A stretch of DNA of 64,000 nt, taken from positions 11,671 to 75,670 of the forward strand of contig VBBN01000035.1 of the NCBI GenBank assembly GCA_005888735.1, in the 5' to 3' direction. The notes under the pieces were generated by a model. It had not been told where the DNA came from. It saw nothing but the letters and a program-made list of their open reading frames with translations, and did no database searches. Numbering within the stretch: position 1 is the first letter of the stretch; each line of letters begins with the position of its first letter. The DNA comes from Candidatus Bathyarchaeota archaeon. Lineage in GTDB: Archaea; Thermoproteota; Bathyarchaeia; 40CM-2-53-6. The position numbers and the translations under genes were made by a program. This document shows positions 19,189-29,769 of this stretch, in pieces.

Positions 19189-20199
19189 ATGGTCGCAATT
19201 CAGGTTGAGAATCTCGTCATGACCTATGGAGACGGAACAAAAGCCGTCAAGGGGATTTCGTTCGGAGTCGACGAAGGTGAATTTTTCGGGTTCTTGGGAC
19301 CCAATGGTGCTGGAAAGAGTACCACCATCAAGATACTAACAACTCTTCTCCGGAAAACCTCAGGCTCGGTCAAGGTGGCTGGGCACGACGTCGAGCATGA
19401 CGCGCAGACGATAAGGAAGCTCATCGGCGTCCAGATGCAAGATACCGTAATCGATGAGGACCTGACTGGAAGAGAGAACCTCATGCTTCAAGGCCATCTT
19501 CAAAGCTTGCACGGAGAAGACCTGAGGACTCGCGTCAATGAACTCCTAAAGATCGTTGACTTGGAAGGGGCCGCGAACAAACGCGCGGCATATTATTCGG
19601 GTGGTATGAAGAAGCGACTTGACCTGGCATCCACCCTGGTTCACCAACCAAGGCTTCTCTTCCTCGATGAGCCAACGACCGGGTTGGACCCACAAACCAG
19701 GGCAACGGTGTGGAGCTATCTGAAACAGCTCAACCAAGAACAGGGAATCACGATCTTCATCACAACCCAGTATCTTGAAGAGGTTGACCGCCTCTGCCGG
19801 AGGCTTGCAATTCTAGACCATGGCGAGATTGTGGCGAAAGGCTCTCCCGCGGAGCTAAAGCAGGAAATCGGAGCAGACGCCATAACCCTGGGCTTCGGCA
19901 ACGGTACGACTGGGAACGGAACGGCTCGCGAAAAAGCGAAACAGATTCTGACCGGGCTTTCTGGAGTCACGAACATAGTCGACGCGGACGGCGGGGTCGT
20001 AGTCTACGCAAAGAATGGCGGGTTCATGGTCCCAGACATTGTCCGAGCCTTTGACGGAGCTAACATACGGCTGTCCTCGATCGGAGTGTCGACCCCGACC
20101 CTGGACGACGTGTTTCTCAAGCACACCGGTAGGAGAATCAGGCCGGAAGAGCTCGACAAGTCGAGAGGTTCGGGTAGAATGTTTAGCAGGAGAAGGTGA
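19189..20199 (+). CDS. ABC-2 (DrrA-like) exporter ATP-binding protein
   Basis: GPNGAGKST, YSGGMKKRL, FLDEPTTGLDP, TLDDVFL. Start placed at ATG 19189. Confidence 0.95.
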   Translation: MVAIQVENLVMTYGDGTKAVKGISFGVDEGEFFGFLGPNGAGKSTTIKILTTLLRKTSGSVKVAGHDVEHDAQTIRKLIGVQMQDTVIDEDLTGRENLMLQGHLQSLHGEDLRTRVNELLKIVDLEGAANKRAAYYSGGMKKRLDLASTLVHQPRLLFLDEPTTGLDPQTRATVWSYLKQLNQEQGITIFITTQYLEEVDRLCRRLAILDHGEIVAKGSPAELKQEIGADAITLGFGNGTTGNGTAREKAKQILTGLSGVTNIVDADGGVVVYAKNGGFMVPDIVRAFDGANIRLSSIGVSTPTLDDVFLKHTGRRIRPEELDKSRGSGRMFSRRR

Positions 20200-20209
20200 C
20201 TCCGGAGAG

Positions 20210-20995
20210 ATGACCCTGTTTTCCGACACTTCTCATCTCTTTGTTCGATCTATGAAGAAGCTGCTCCGCAACCCAATACTGCTCTTCTTCTCGCTCTTTC
20301 AGCCCGTAATCTTTCTCTTGTTCTTCACCCAACTGTTCAGCAAGTTCTCCCTGCTGCCCGGATTTCCAGCCGGGGCCAGCTATCAGGACTACGCAGTGGC
20401 AGGGATAGTTCTGCAGAACGGGTTCTCCAGCTCCTTCCAATCCGGAACCGCCATCGTAGACGACTTACGTTCAGGGTTCCTCAGCAAAATGCTTGCAACG
20501 CCTGTGAGCAGGTCAGCGATCCTATTGGGTCGAATCCTCAGCGATGCTTTTAGGGTGATTGTCCAGTCGACCATAATATTCGGGCTCGCATTCATTTTGG
20601 GCACTTCTGCAGCCACTGGAATACTAGGATATCTCGTGGCACTATCGATCATCGCCTTTTTTGGGCTAGCATGGTCTGGAATCTCTCTCTCGATTGGGCT
20701 AAGGACGAAAAGCGCTGAAACTGTTTTCGGCATCGCAGGATTTCTTACCTTTCCACTACTGTTCACAAGCACTGCGCTGGTGTCGTCCGGTGTACTGCCG
20801 AAATGGATGCAGACTGTATCGAGCTACAACCCGATAAGTTACACGACTGATGCGATCCGGGCTCTCGTTCTCGGCATGAACTCCAACACAGGCTATACTG
20901 TAGGGACAATTCTAACCGCCTATGGAGTGATCGGGTTTATCGGAATCTTGACGATGGGAGCCACCCTATACCTGTTCCGAAAAGTGGTCAGCTGA
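20210..20995 (+). CDS. ABC-2 type permease (DrrB-like)
   Basis: Six TM segments, SGFLSKMLATPVSR, NPISY..DAIR; ATG 20210 follows GGAG. Confidence 0.92.
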   Translation: MTLFSDTSHLFVRSMKKLLRNPILLFFSLFQPVIFLLFFTQLFSKFSLLPGFPAGASYQDYAVAGIVLQNGFSSSFQSGTAIVDDLRSGFLSKMLATPVSRSAILLGRILSDAFRVIVQSTIIFGLAFILGTSAATGILGYLVALSIIAFFGLAWSGISLSIGLRTKSAETVFGIAGFLTFPLLFTSTALVSSGVLPKWMQTVSSYNPISYTTDAIRALVLGMNSNTGYTVGTILTAYGVIGFIGILTMGATLYLFRKVVS

Positions 20996-21112
20996 GAACC
21001 CAGATCTCCACAGGCAGAGCAGAGGGACCAACTGCACCACGGTGCCCGTGAAGTCTACTACCTAGCCTCACGCCCGTAAACGATAAAGCGAGCGACTTTC
21101 TCTCTGAAAACC

Positions 21113-22558
21113 GTGAGCACTTCTAAAGGTCTAGGTGAAGACCTGGCTAAGCTATCTCTCGACATCGCTTCGAGAGAGAATGCGACATATGCGGATTTTA
21201 GACTGGTAAATGGTCGAGACCAGATTGTCACTGTTGTCAACGACAACTCTAGCAGCGAAGAGACCCAGTCCATGGGAGCTGGCATCCGCGTCCTCTATGG
21301 AGGAACCGGATGGGGCTTCGCAGAAACAGACGAAACGAACGACGACAGCATAAGAGAAACCACGCTAAAAGCCCTGTCCCTCGCCAGAGGAGCATCAAAG
21401 ATTGGCTCAGCGGTGTCCTTCGCCGATGAACCTGTCCATGTGGACAGGTGGGAGTCGCCTGTCAAGAAGGATCCCTTCGATGTTTCGTTGGAGGAAAAGT
21501 ACCGTGCTCTCCAAGAGTCAACCGGCAAAATGAAGGGAGAGGGGATCGTTGTTCGAAGGGGACAGATGAACTTCTCCACCGTCGAGAAATACTTCGCCAG
21601 TTCAGCCGGCTCAAAAATACACCAGAACTTCACGTACTCCGGCGCCGCGCTAGCTGTCGCAGCGAAAGGTCCTGCGGGTCTCCAAACGCGCTCAACCCGA
21701 CAATACATGTCTCGCGGCTACGAACTCATTGACGAGCTGGATCTGCCAACGCAAGCCCCGGAGCTAACCAAAGACGCACTAGCACTAGTCAACGCGAAAA
21801 GGTGTCCTGATGGAAAGTCTGACATCATACTCAGCGGGGACCAAGTCGCACTTCAAGTCCATGAGTCGGCCGGGCATCCCATAGAACTAGACCGCGTCCT
21901 GGGGTACGAGGCCAACTTTGCAGGTAGAAGCTTTCTCACACCCGACCAGCTCGGTAGATTACAATACGGGTCGGACAAGGTCAACATAGTGATGGATGCA
22001 ACCCCGGAGCACGGTCCAGGGCTGGGAACCTTCCGCTACGACGACGAAGGCGTCAAGTCCCAGAAAAAATATGCTGTCAAGGAGGGAAAGTTTGTCGGTT
22101 ACCTGATGTCACGCAACACAGCTTCAAAGGTTGGAGAAGCCCGGAGCAACGGCTGTATGCGAGCCGAAGGCTATCATCTCCCAATAATCCGGATGACAAA
22201 CGTTAGCCTGGAACCAGGCGATTGGAACTATGACGAAATTGTCGAAGACACAAAGGATGGATTTCTAATGGTCACCAACTATGGCTGGAGCATCGACCAG
22301 AAACGGTACAACTTCCAGTTCAACTGCGAAAAAGGATACCGCATACGCAATGGTAGCATAGAGGAAATGGTGAGAGGACCAGGCTATCAGGGAATTACTC
22401 CCGAGTTCTGGAACTCGTGCGACGCCGTGGGCGACCGTAAGAGCTGGGTTCTGTGGGGAACCCCTAACTGCGGCAAAGGACAACCTACCCAGATAATGAT
22501 AACGGGGCACGGAGCCTCTCCTGCAAGGTTTAGGAACGTCAAAGTCTTCGGAGCCTGA
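21113..22558 (+). CDS. tldD: TldD family metalloprotease subunit
   Basis: HESAGHPIELDR, YDDEG, RMTN, CGKGQP. Confidence 0.92.
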   Translation: MSTSKGLGEDLAKLSLDIASRENATYADFRLVNGRDQIVTVVNDNSSSEETQSMGAGIRVLYGGTGWGFAETDETNDDSIRETTLKALSLARGASKIGSAVSFADEPVHVDRWESPVKKDPFDVSLEEKYRALQESTGKMKGEGIVVRRGQMNFSTVEKYFASSAGSKIHQNFTYSGAALAVAAKGPAGLQTRSTRQYMSRGYELIDELDLPTQAPELTKDALALVNAKRCPDGKSDIILSGDQVALQVHESAGHPIELDRVLGYEANFAGRSFLTPDQLGRLQYGSDKVNIVMDATPEHGPGLGTFRYDDEGVKSQKKYAVKEGKFVGYLMSRNTASKVGEARSNGCMRAEGYHLPIIRMTNVSLEPGDWNYDEIVEDTKDGFLMVTNYGWSIDQKRYNFQFNCEKGYRIRNGSIEEMVRGPGYQGITPEFWNSCDAVGDRKSWVLWGTPNCGKGQPTQIMITGHGASPARFRNVKVFGA

Positions 22559-23970
22559 TGGACATGGCCCAGAAAATGATGCAGCCCGACAGCCTGCTCA
22601 AGGAGCGAGCCCACGAGTTATTTCGCACAGTGAAGGACGCGGCTCGCGAGGCAGACGGAATAGAGATAACCCTGACCACCGGCCAGAGCGAGAATCTCAG
22701 GTTCGGAAACAACGAGCTCGGACAATCCCAATTTGGCAAGAGCCGAAATCTGTCAATCCGCCTGACACTAGACAAGAGGCAGGCCCGGGCGACTACTGGA
22801 CGGCTCGAGAAGAGCCTCGTCGAAAAGACGGTCGAAAAGGCGCTTAGTCAAGCCCGTACCAGCCCTCAAGACCCAGACCATCTACCAATGTTGGAGGCTC
22901 AGCGTTATCATGGCTTGGACAGGTATCACGAGCGGACTCTTACCGAGCCTGCTGAGCAAAAGGCTGCCCACATAGGCTTTGCCATCGACCTAGCACGCAA
23001 GAACGGTCTCTTGGCATCAGGGGTCTTAGGGACGAACGTGGGCAACGTCTGGATACTGAATAGCGTTGGGCTAGAGGCCAATTACAAGGGGACAAACGGA
23101 TTCTATTCGCTTACAATGGACGCGGACAATGGCAACCAAACCGGGTATGCGCTTTCCACCTTCGCCGATATCCGAGAGCTGGACGCTGGAAAAGTTGCAG
23201 AGACAGCCCTCGAGAGGGCTCGGCTAAACAAGAACCAAGGTGAAACCCTGCCCGGAAAATATGACGTTGTGGTGGACCCGTACGCGTGGAGCGAGACTCT
23301 CTTTTTCCTCACAGTTTCCGCCACGGCAGGGTACGCTCCCGATTTCGGCATGAGGCAGTACAAGGAAGGGCGAAGTTACCTCTCCGGAAGACTTGGAGAG
23401 AAGATCATGGGCGATAACATCAGTATCGAGGACGACGCCTACCATCCCCTCCAGACGGGTCCCAGCTTCGACGGCGAATGATATCCGAAGAGTCCCGTCT
23501 CACTTGTTGAGAACGGAGAACTGCGAGGTCTCGCCTCCTCCCGAATCTCCGCCCACAGGTACAATGACGCGAAGCCCACGGGGCACGAGCTGCAACTGCC
23601 CAATCCACTCGGCGAGACCCCGACCAATCTCGTCGTCCGAGCCAAAGGGCCTACGAAGACTGTGGAGAAACTTGTCGGGGAGCTAGATAAGGGGATACTG
23701 ATCACTCGGCTCTGGTATGTTAGAGAGGTAGAGCCGAGAACGAAGACAGTAACCGGCATGACGAGAGATGGAACATTCCTCGTTGAGAATGGGGAGATCA
23801 AGAAGCCTCTCCGGAACCTGAGGTTCAACCAGAGCCTCCTAGAACTGTTCAGCAATATCGAATCAGCTTCTGAACCGATCAGAAACACCACCGACTTTGG
23901 CGGGGCAACAATTCTCCAACCTGGAATACTGGCGAGGGGCTTCAACTTCACCAGCGCATCCGTATTCTGA
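22558..23970 (+). pseudogene. PmbA/TldE family protein interrupted by an in-frame TGA at 23479-23481
   Basis: FDGE*YPKS where FDGEGxP is expected (GGA to TGA); the frame continues through TGMTRDG and NLRFN to 23970. Confidence 0.85.
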
Positions 23971-24118
23971 GAGAAAGCACTCCATACCGCGACTTCAATC
24001 TCTCAACAGTGCCCGGGAAGAGTTACGCCAGGTTAATCACCAGTTCGGAGTCTCGAAACATTAGTCCACGCGTGTTGCAGACACGCCGCCGAGCATCGCC
24101 AAGAACAGCCAGTGAGAT

Positions 24119-24467
24119 ATGTGGAAGACGCAAGAAGCCAACGAGAACGAAGCCCACCCTTGGCTGAGTTAGTCCAAGGGGAGGCGAATCCGAGGAGACC
24201 CGTGAGTACTACAGGAAAATACTCAATTCAAACAGGCTCCGTGCGGAAGAGAGACGAGAGATCGAATTTGTAGAGAAGCTCCAGGTCAACGCTGAAACCC
24301 TTATCGAGCATGCCCGAAGAGTAGCGGCTCAGCAGGCGCGGAAGACGTACAGATGCGAAGCCTGCGGTCTAGAGCTTCTTGGCGTTCTCGCGTTCGCCGA
24401 GCATGATGAGCAAACCTCCCATATGACTGAACTGGGCAAGAAAGTACAGTTCGGCGGCGAGGTCTAA
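24119..24467 (+). pseudogene. Unannotated C2H2 Zn-finger protein, apparently frameshifted near 24168
   Basis: Open frame 24168-24467 encodes YRCEACG...AEHDEQTSH; ATG 24119 is in another frame ending ...PWLS*. Confidence 0.5.
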
Positions 24468-24485
24468 GAACAGACCGAAATATTC

Positions 24486-25880
24486 CTAGTTGCTCGTGCC
24501 TGCGGCAAGGGCTACTAAAAGGTCGCCAACATTCGTCCCAGTAGGCCCAGTTACAATGAGGCTGTCGAGCTTCTCGAAGAAGTGGTAAGAATCATTTCTC
24601 TTCAGAAAGGATTCTACCTTCAATTTTCGGCGAGTCGCAAGATTTAGAGTATCCCAACTCGCTAGAGCCCCTGCCGCACGGGTCGAGCCATCTATCCCAT
24701 CAGTGTCCATTGAGCCTATGGCAAGCCCTTGCACTCCTGCCAATCTGAGAACCGCGGACAGTACTACCTCCTGGTTCCGGCCACCCATTCCCCTCCCCTT
24801 CACGGTGACAGTCGTCTCTCCCCCGCCAACCAAGGCAAAGAGACGCGAAGCTCTGAACCTAGAACTGGCGCCGTCTACTAGGGCGCTGCCTATTGCAGTG
24901 CCCACATGTCGGGCCTCGCCTTGTAGCCTTTCCGGTAGGATTGTCGTCCTGTAGCCTTTCCTTCGAAGGAAGCGAGCTGCCTCTACACATGTGTCTCTAT
25001 TGGTTCCCACGATGAAGCTGTGAATGCGGTCGAAAATCTTCGATCCTCTTTTCGGGGTCTCAGGGAGAAGTCCTTGCCGCCCGTTCTCGATAACCATTCG
25101 GACGTTTTCCGGGATCTTATTCCAGAGCCGGTATTTCTTCAGAACTAGCTTTGCTTCGGCGAAGGTTGTTTCGTCCGGCGCCAGGGGCCCAGATGCGATC
25201 GAGTCAAGCCTGTTCGAGAGAACGTCCGAGATAATCAACACTACGACAGTCGCCGGACAAAGCCGTTCCGCCAAGCGCCCTCCTTTTATTGCGGAAAGAT
25301 GCTTTCGAACAGCGTTAATCTCCTCAATTCTAGCTCCGGATTTCAGGAGAAGGTCGGTGACTCGGACCTTATCGCTGACGCGAATCCCTGAAGCTGGCAA
25401 GGGCATCAAAGCCGACCCCCCTCCCGACAGGAGGCAGATCACGAGGTCTCGCTCTGTCCGGTCTCTGGTCATGGACAGCATTTTTTCGACACCTTTGGCG
25501 CCAATTACGCTGGGAAGAGGGTGGGTGGCCTTGTGGAACTGGACGAACCTGGGTTTCGGGATTGAGGTGAGATAGTCTGGAACATTTACCAGGCCTTCGG
25601 TTATCTTATCTCCCAAAACTCTCTCCACCTCCAAGGTCATCAGAGCAGCGGCTTTCCCTCCGCCTAGCACGAAGAGCCGGTTGAACTTGGACAGGTCGAA
25701 GTGTCGAGAGTTCACTCGGAGATTGTGACCCTCTAGCCGAACGTGCCTCCGCAAAAGCCTCTGAGGGTTCGCGCCCTCGAGGCCTGCAGACAGAGCATCG
25801 ATGACATGTCTTCGGGCTAGGCTCTCCTGCAGTCTCGAGAATGTGTGTAATGCCTCAAGCGCCTTTGCACTCCCCAGCAT
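24486..25880 (-). CDS. Glycerate 2-kinase (MOFRL family)
   Basis: GGGKAA, LSGGGSAL, IKGGRL, ISDV, IASGP, GGETTV, GGRNQE, TDGIDG, TGTNVGD. Confidence 0.95.
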   Translation of the reverse strand: MLGSAKALEALHTFSRLQESLARRHVIDALSAGLEGANPQRLLRRHVRLEGHNLRVNSRHFDLSKFNRLFVLGGGKAAALMTLEVERVLGDKITEGLVNVPDYLTSIPKPRFVQFHKATHPLPSVIGAKGVEKMLSMTRDRTERDLVICLLSGGGSALMPLPASGIRVSDKVRVTDLLLKSGARIEEINAVRKHLSAIKGGRLAERLCPATVVVLIISDVLSNRLDSIASGPLAPDETTFAEAKLVLKKYRLWNKIPENVRMVIENGRQGLLPETPKRGSKIFDRIHSFIVGTNRDTCVEAARFLRRKGYRTTILPERLQGEARHVGTAIGSALVDGASSRFRASRLFALVGGGETTVTVKGRGMGGRNQEVVLSAVLRLAGVQGLAIGSMDTDGIDGSTRAAGALASWDTLNLATRRKLKVESFLKRNDSYHFFEKLDSLIVTGPTGTNVGDLLVALAAGTSN

Positions 25881-25901
25881 GTTTGACCCCTTGATTCTAG
25901 A

Positions 25902-26894
25902 TCAGTTTACATAGTCAGACCGTTTGACAATGTTCTTTGGCTGCAATCCTCTCAGGAACCTCAGAGTATTCTCAACTGCCAACACGACAGGGCGACGTCC
26001 AACCACTGCTGAAGGTCCAGAAACGTGAAGCGTTCCGATAAAGTTCGGTAGGGCAGTGAACGGGAAGGTGGTCTCAAGCGACTCCTTACCATTTCTGTAC
26101 CACCAAACATCTGTTGCGAATCGAAAGGTCGGATTCGCTTTCAAGTGCTCGAATAGTGCTCTCTCCTCGACGAGTTCTCCCCGTCCAATGTTAACAAGTA
26201 TGGCGTTGCTCTTCATCTCTACAAGCGTTTCTTTGTTGATAATTCCTCTCGTAAGCCGGTTCAATGGGAGAGCGAGCACTACGGCATCACTCTTCCCAAG
26301 AACTTGGGTCAGTCCTTTCCCACCGCTGAAAACCCGAATACCCCCACTCCTTGACTGCTTCCGTGAGAAAGCATTGACGTTCATCCCAAAGGCTCTCGCT
26401 ACTCTGGCCACTGAAACTCCAATACCCCCATAGCCCAGAATTCCCAGGGCCTTGCCCGTCAGAACCGTGATGCCTCTGGCCGCATCCCCATGCCGGACAA
26501 GAACCCCCCGACCCTCTTTGATTTGGAGGTGTTGTTCAACGATACTTTTCGCGGCAGCCAGAAGGAGTCCCCAGGCATGTTCCGCCACTTCGTCCGAGTA
26601 CGCCCCCGCGTTACTGCAGACAATGACATTCCCGTCGATGAGTCCGAAAGGGATGTGGTTAACGCCTGCAAGAATGCTCTGAATGAATCTCAACCGTTTC
26701 ATCCGCGCTAGTCTTTCCTCCGTGAGGAAAGCCGGCCACGCGAAAACCAACAAACAATCAGTTGAAGGGAGAAGGACCTGAAGTTCATTCTCGGCAAGCC
26801 TCGTGGCAATGATTACGTTGGCGTGCCTTGAGAGACGTTTGATGCTCTGCTTGTCAAGCAGATCTGTGGTGACAAGCACCGTCCTTCTAGTCAA
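25902..26894 (-). CDS. D-isomer-specific 2-hydroxyacid dehydrogenase (glycerate dehydrogenase-like)
   Basis: AGVNH, VAEH, GYGGIG, VNIGRG, TDVWW; upstream of glycerate kinase. Confidence 0.92.
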   Translation of the reverse strand: MTRRTVLVTTDLLDKQSIKRLSRHANVIIATRLAENELQVLLPSTDCLLVFAWPAFLTEERLARMKRLRFIQSILAGVNHIPFGLIDGNVIVCSNAGAYSDEVAEHAWGLLLAAAKSIVEQHLQIKEGRGVLVRHGDAARGITVLTGKALGILGYGGIGVSVARVARAFGMNVNAFSRKQSRSGGIRVFSGGKGLTQVLGKSDAVVLALPLNRLTRGIINKETLVEMKSNAILVNIGRGELVEERALFEHLKANPTFRFATDVWWYRNGKESLETTFPFTALPNFIGTLHVSGPSAVVGRRPVVLAVENTLRFLRGLQPKNIVKRSDYVN

Positions 26895-27129
26895 ATCGAG
26901 AGCTAAGGCGGTCCGTCAGCGCAGATAACTTGGTACCCCTAGACCTAGTTGACCTTTCTGTAGAATTGTGCTCTGCCCCGTTTCCATTCTCTCAAACGCT
27001 CAGAGGTACCGAACCGACGACTACAGAATTTTAAAATCCAGGTTACTTGGTCCTGACTTCACCTCGGACAGAATGCTGTATAGGCTTCCTAGACTTGCTC
27101 TTCGCAGAAAACCCGGTGTTGGCATCGGG

Positions 27130-27666
27130 TTATGTCCTGACGACTCCAGCGGGCCGCAATCTTCGAGCTACGACTATTCCAAAGAAGCCTCCCAGAGCGC
27201 CGATAAGGACGTCAGTTATCAGGGCGATCACCCAAATTGTGAGAGGGAGAATCGTGCCTAGCGCTTCGAACAGTGCAAGGACCACTGCTGCCATTGCAAG
27301 ACTGCCAAGTGATGCCGCGAGGACGATTTGAGACCGAGAGGGAGAAGTTCGTTTATCCCGGTTGATGACTTTCAGATAACCGTCGAAAACTAGCCCGTTT
27401 ACTACGAGGGCTGCAGCGACATGAGGGGGAAATGGAATTGGGGTTAGCAGAAAGAGTAGAAAGATGAGCCCTGAAGTCGTTCCCAGCAGTGTAGCCGTCC
27501 AGGGTTTTCCGACGACGACTACCAGAATGGCGAACAGTGCTGATATTAGAAAGAACAGATCCGCAGAGCGAGTGACGGTCCGGAGAGTGTAACTGGATAC
27601 GGAGCCGACGACTACGTAAAGGGCTGTAAGTGCGGCGACAATCGAAACGTCTCTTGTAGTAAGCAT
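27130..27666 (-). CDS. ECF transporter S-component-like membrane protein
   Basis: N-terminal TTRDVSIVAALTAL and about six TM helices. Confidence 0.6.
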   Translation of the reverse strand: MLTTRDVSIVAALTALYVVVGSVSSYTLRTVTRSADLFFLISALFAILVVVVGKPWTATLLGTTSGLIFLLFLLTPIPFPPHVAAALVVNGLVFDGYLKVINRDKRTSPSRSQIVLAASLGSLAMAAVVLALFEALGTILPLTIWVIALITDVLIGALGGFFGIVVARRLRPAGVVRT

Positions 27667-27857
27667 GTTTCGCTACCTGAGGGATGCGAGTTTCTGTTCG
27701 GTGTGCATGAAATTTGGGGGTATTTAACGGGGCTCTCTGTTAAGTCTTGTAATCGTATAGATTCGGCGAGCCTTTTCTCTCAAAGAGTGTCATAAGTCTA
27801 AGCGTACTCTCGCTCCTTTAACGGTGCGTGGAGGAAATGTGTATCTCTCAAAGAGAT

Positions 27858-29681
27858 TCACTGGTCAATCATGGGTCCCAAAGGTTTCGACAGTTTGTTT
27901 GTCGTGGGCATATCGATGACTGACATTGCGACGTTCTTCGAGGGTGTCTGCCCCTGCAGCGGAATAGGGGGAGGGGGTGCTGAACCTAGGAAAACTGCTT
28001 TCGATGACACGTCGGCACCAAGCTCGGGAGCTGTTCTGATTACGAAACCCCCGATTATTCTCACCAGAGCTGCGAAGAGAAACAGGTAGGCCCCCAGGCC
28101 ATATCCCCAGTTGACCATGGTCGTTCCTACCACGTCGAATTGTTGGCTTGCACTTCCGGAGACAGGATTTCCTGCGACTGCTCGCACAAGTGAGTCCAGT
28201 TGAGGTGGAATGTTCGTTCCCGGGAGTAGCCCTGACGCCAGCGGAAGGAAACTTGGTAACTGGTTGATGAAAACGAAGATTAGGATAAAGGGCAGAAGCG
28301 AGCTGATTGCTCCCAGGATGAATTTCGAGCCTAGTCTTCGTCCATTCTTGACTCCGATAATGTCTAGGGCAAGCAGGGCAGTTCCAACGGCCAGAAATAT
28401 TGCGAACGGAATTTGCAGAAGGAACAATGTCGTGAATCCTGAAGTTGAATCACCGCCCGCACCCGTGAACAGGTTAACCTGCACTCCGTGGATTCCATCG
28501 ATGCTCAACAGTGTGACACTTCCGTGTTGAGCAAGCGGTCCTGACTGTGAAGAAGCGGATATGGAGTACCAAGGTAGGAAGAGTGCGACGACCGTAATGA
28601 CGATTGCTACTGCTCCGAATAGCAATCCGATGAGACCTCGGCTCTTCAAGAACTTGCCAAACAGCAAACCTCCCTTCCGGTGAAGCCTAGCGATTCCCAC
28701 GACCTTCCAAGCCCCCCTAACTGCAAGATATGCGGCTACGATGACGACGAGATAGGCGGCGAGAAAAGCGAGAATGAAATAGTTCCCATCAACTCCCAGA
28801 GTAGAGCTAAGGTAGGACTGGGGCTGGGACCATCTGGTTCCGCCTTGGTTGAAGACGGGTCCAAGGGGCCCGGCCCTTCCGAGGACGATTTCTTGATCCG
28901 TCCCGACATATCCCCATCGCCCGGGGAAATCCAGCCAGCTCTGGTCGGAAGTGTGGGAGCCTTTCTCTCCTAAGAGAACAAGTTTGAGGTTGGCAGGGTT
29001 TATCGTTGGGCCGCTATTCTGGACGACATCGTTCTCTACTCCGATTTTTCCTTGGTAGGGTCTGAAATAGTTGGCGTGTGATCCTTGGGCAACATAGACG
29101 ACTGGATGGGTATCTGACTTTTCCACATCGTTCCATGCAGCGTTCTCGCCCGCACCGTGTTGCGAGTACAGTGCGTGTTGAGGGCTGCCAGATGAGTCAA
29201 GGAAAAGTTCAACAACCTCCAAGTCACCTTCATGGTCGTTGAGCGGCCCATTGTTGTACGCGTAGAATAGCCAGTACTGAATAACCGTTGAAGCGGTCCC
29301 ATTAGCGACATGAACATATGTGAAATATCCAAGGCTGCCGACTTTGGATGAGTAGTCATTGGCTATGGCGTCGCGAGTTCCCAGCTTGTTATCAAGGAAG
29401 TAATCCGTCGAGTTGTATGTTCCAAGATTTGATGGAGTTGGGCCCGGGTTGACCAACGTCGATGAGCCGTTGACTAACCTCTGTTTTAGAGCGGAGGCTC
29501 CGATGAGATAGTCTACAGATGTAGGAAAGAATCTCTCACCGGAAGTAAAGTGTAGAACGGGCGCGAAGGTTGAGGCTAGAGACGATGAGCTTTGAGCCCG
29601 CGCAGGAGAAGAACTGTCAAGGCCAGCAAGTGCCGGGAGTAGCAGGATAAGGAGGACGAGGAGCAGGCAAGTCTTCCACAA
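27858..29681 (-). CDS. Secreted Vps62/NPP1-like domain fused to a multi-TM C-terminal domain
   Basis: FAPVLHF..GERFFP, IQYWLFYAYN, HEGDLE, SQH, HPVVYVA.GSHANY, FPGRWG, then about five TM helices. Confidence 0.7.
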   Translation of the reverse strand: MWKTCLLLVLLILLLPALAGLDSSSPARAQSSSSLASTFAPVLHFTSGERFFPTSVDYLIGASALKQRLVNGSSTLVNPGPTPSNLGTYNSTDYFLDNKLGTRDAIANDYSSKVGSLGYFTYVHVANGTASTVIQYWLFYAYNNGPLNDHEGDLEVVELFLDSSGSPQHALYSQHGAGENAAWNDVEKSDTHPVVYVAQGSHANYFRPYQGKIGVENDVVQNSGPTINPANLKLVLLGEKGSHTSDQSWLDFPGRWGYVGTDQEIVLGRAGPLGPVFNQGGTRWSQPQSYLSSTLGVDGNYFILAFLAAYLVVIVAAYLAVRGAWKVVGIARLHRKGGLLFGKFLKSRGLIGLLFGAVAIVITVVALFLPWYSISASSQSGPLAQHGSVTLLSIDGIHGVQVNLFTGAGGDSTSGFTTLFLLQIPFAIFLAVGTALLALDIIGVKNGRRLGSKFILGAISSLLPFILIFVFINQLPSFLPLASGLLPGTNIPPQLDSLVRAVAGNPVSGSASQQFDVVGTTMVNWGYGLGAYLFLFAALVRIIGGFVIRTAPELGADVSSKAVFLGSAPPPPIPLQGQTPSKNVAMSVIDMPTTNKLSKPLGPMIDQ

Positions 29682-29769
29682 ACGCGATTTCCTGCCCGGA
29701 GCAAGTCAGGCTCGCTGGAAGTATTTCGGTAATAAGGCTAGTGCATTTTTTTGGGTTCGAGTGTGAGAA

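Noticed and set aside
20015..20209. N-terminal extension of the ABC-2 permease given in the ORF track
   Set aside because: Overlaps the ATPase gene; ATG 20210 with GGAG upstream is the better start.
23479..23481. Selenocysteine or alternative genetic code at the pmbA TGA
   Set aside because: The position is a conserved Gly, not Cys, and many neighbouring genes end normally at TGA.
27776..27859. TCTCTCAAAGAG occurring twice in an intergenic region
   Set aside because: Only two copies, too short for a CRISPR array or element end, with no supporting context.
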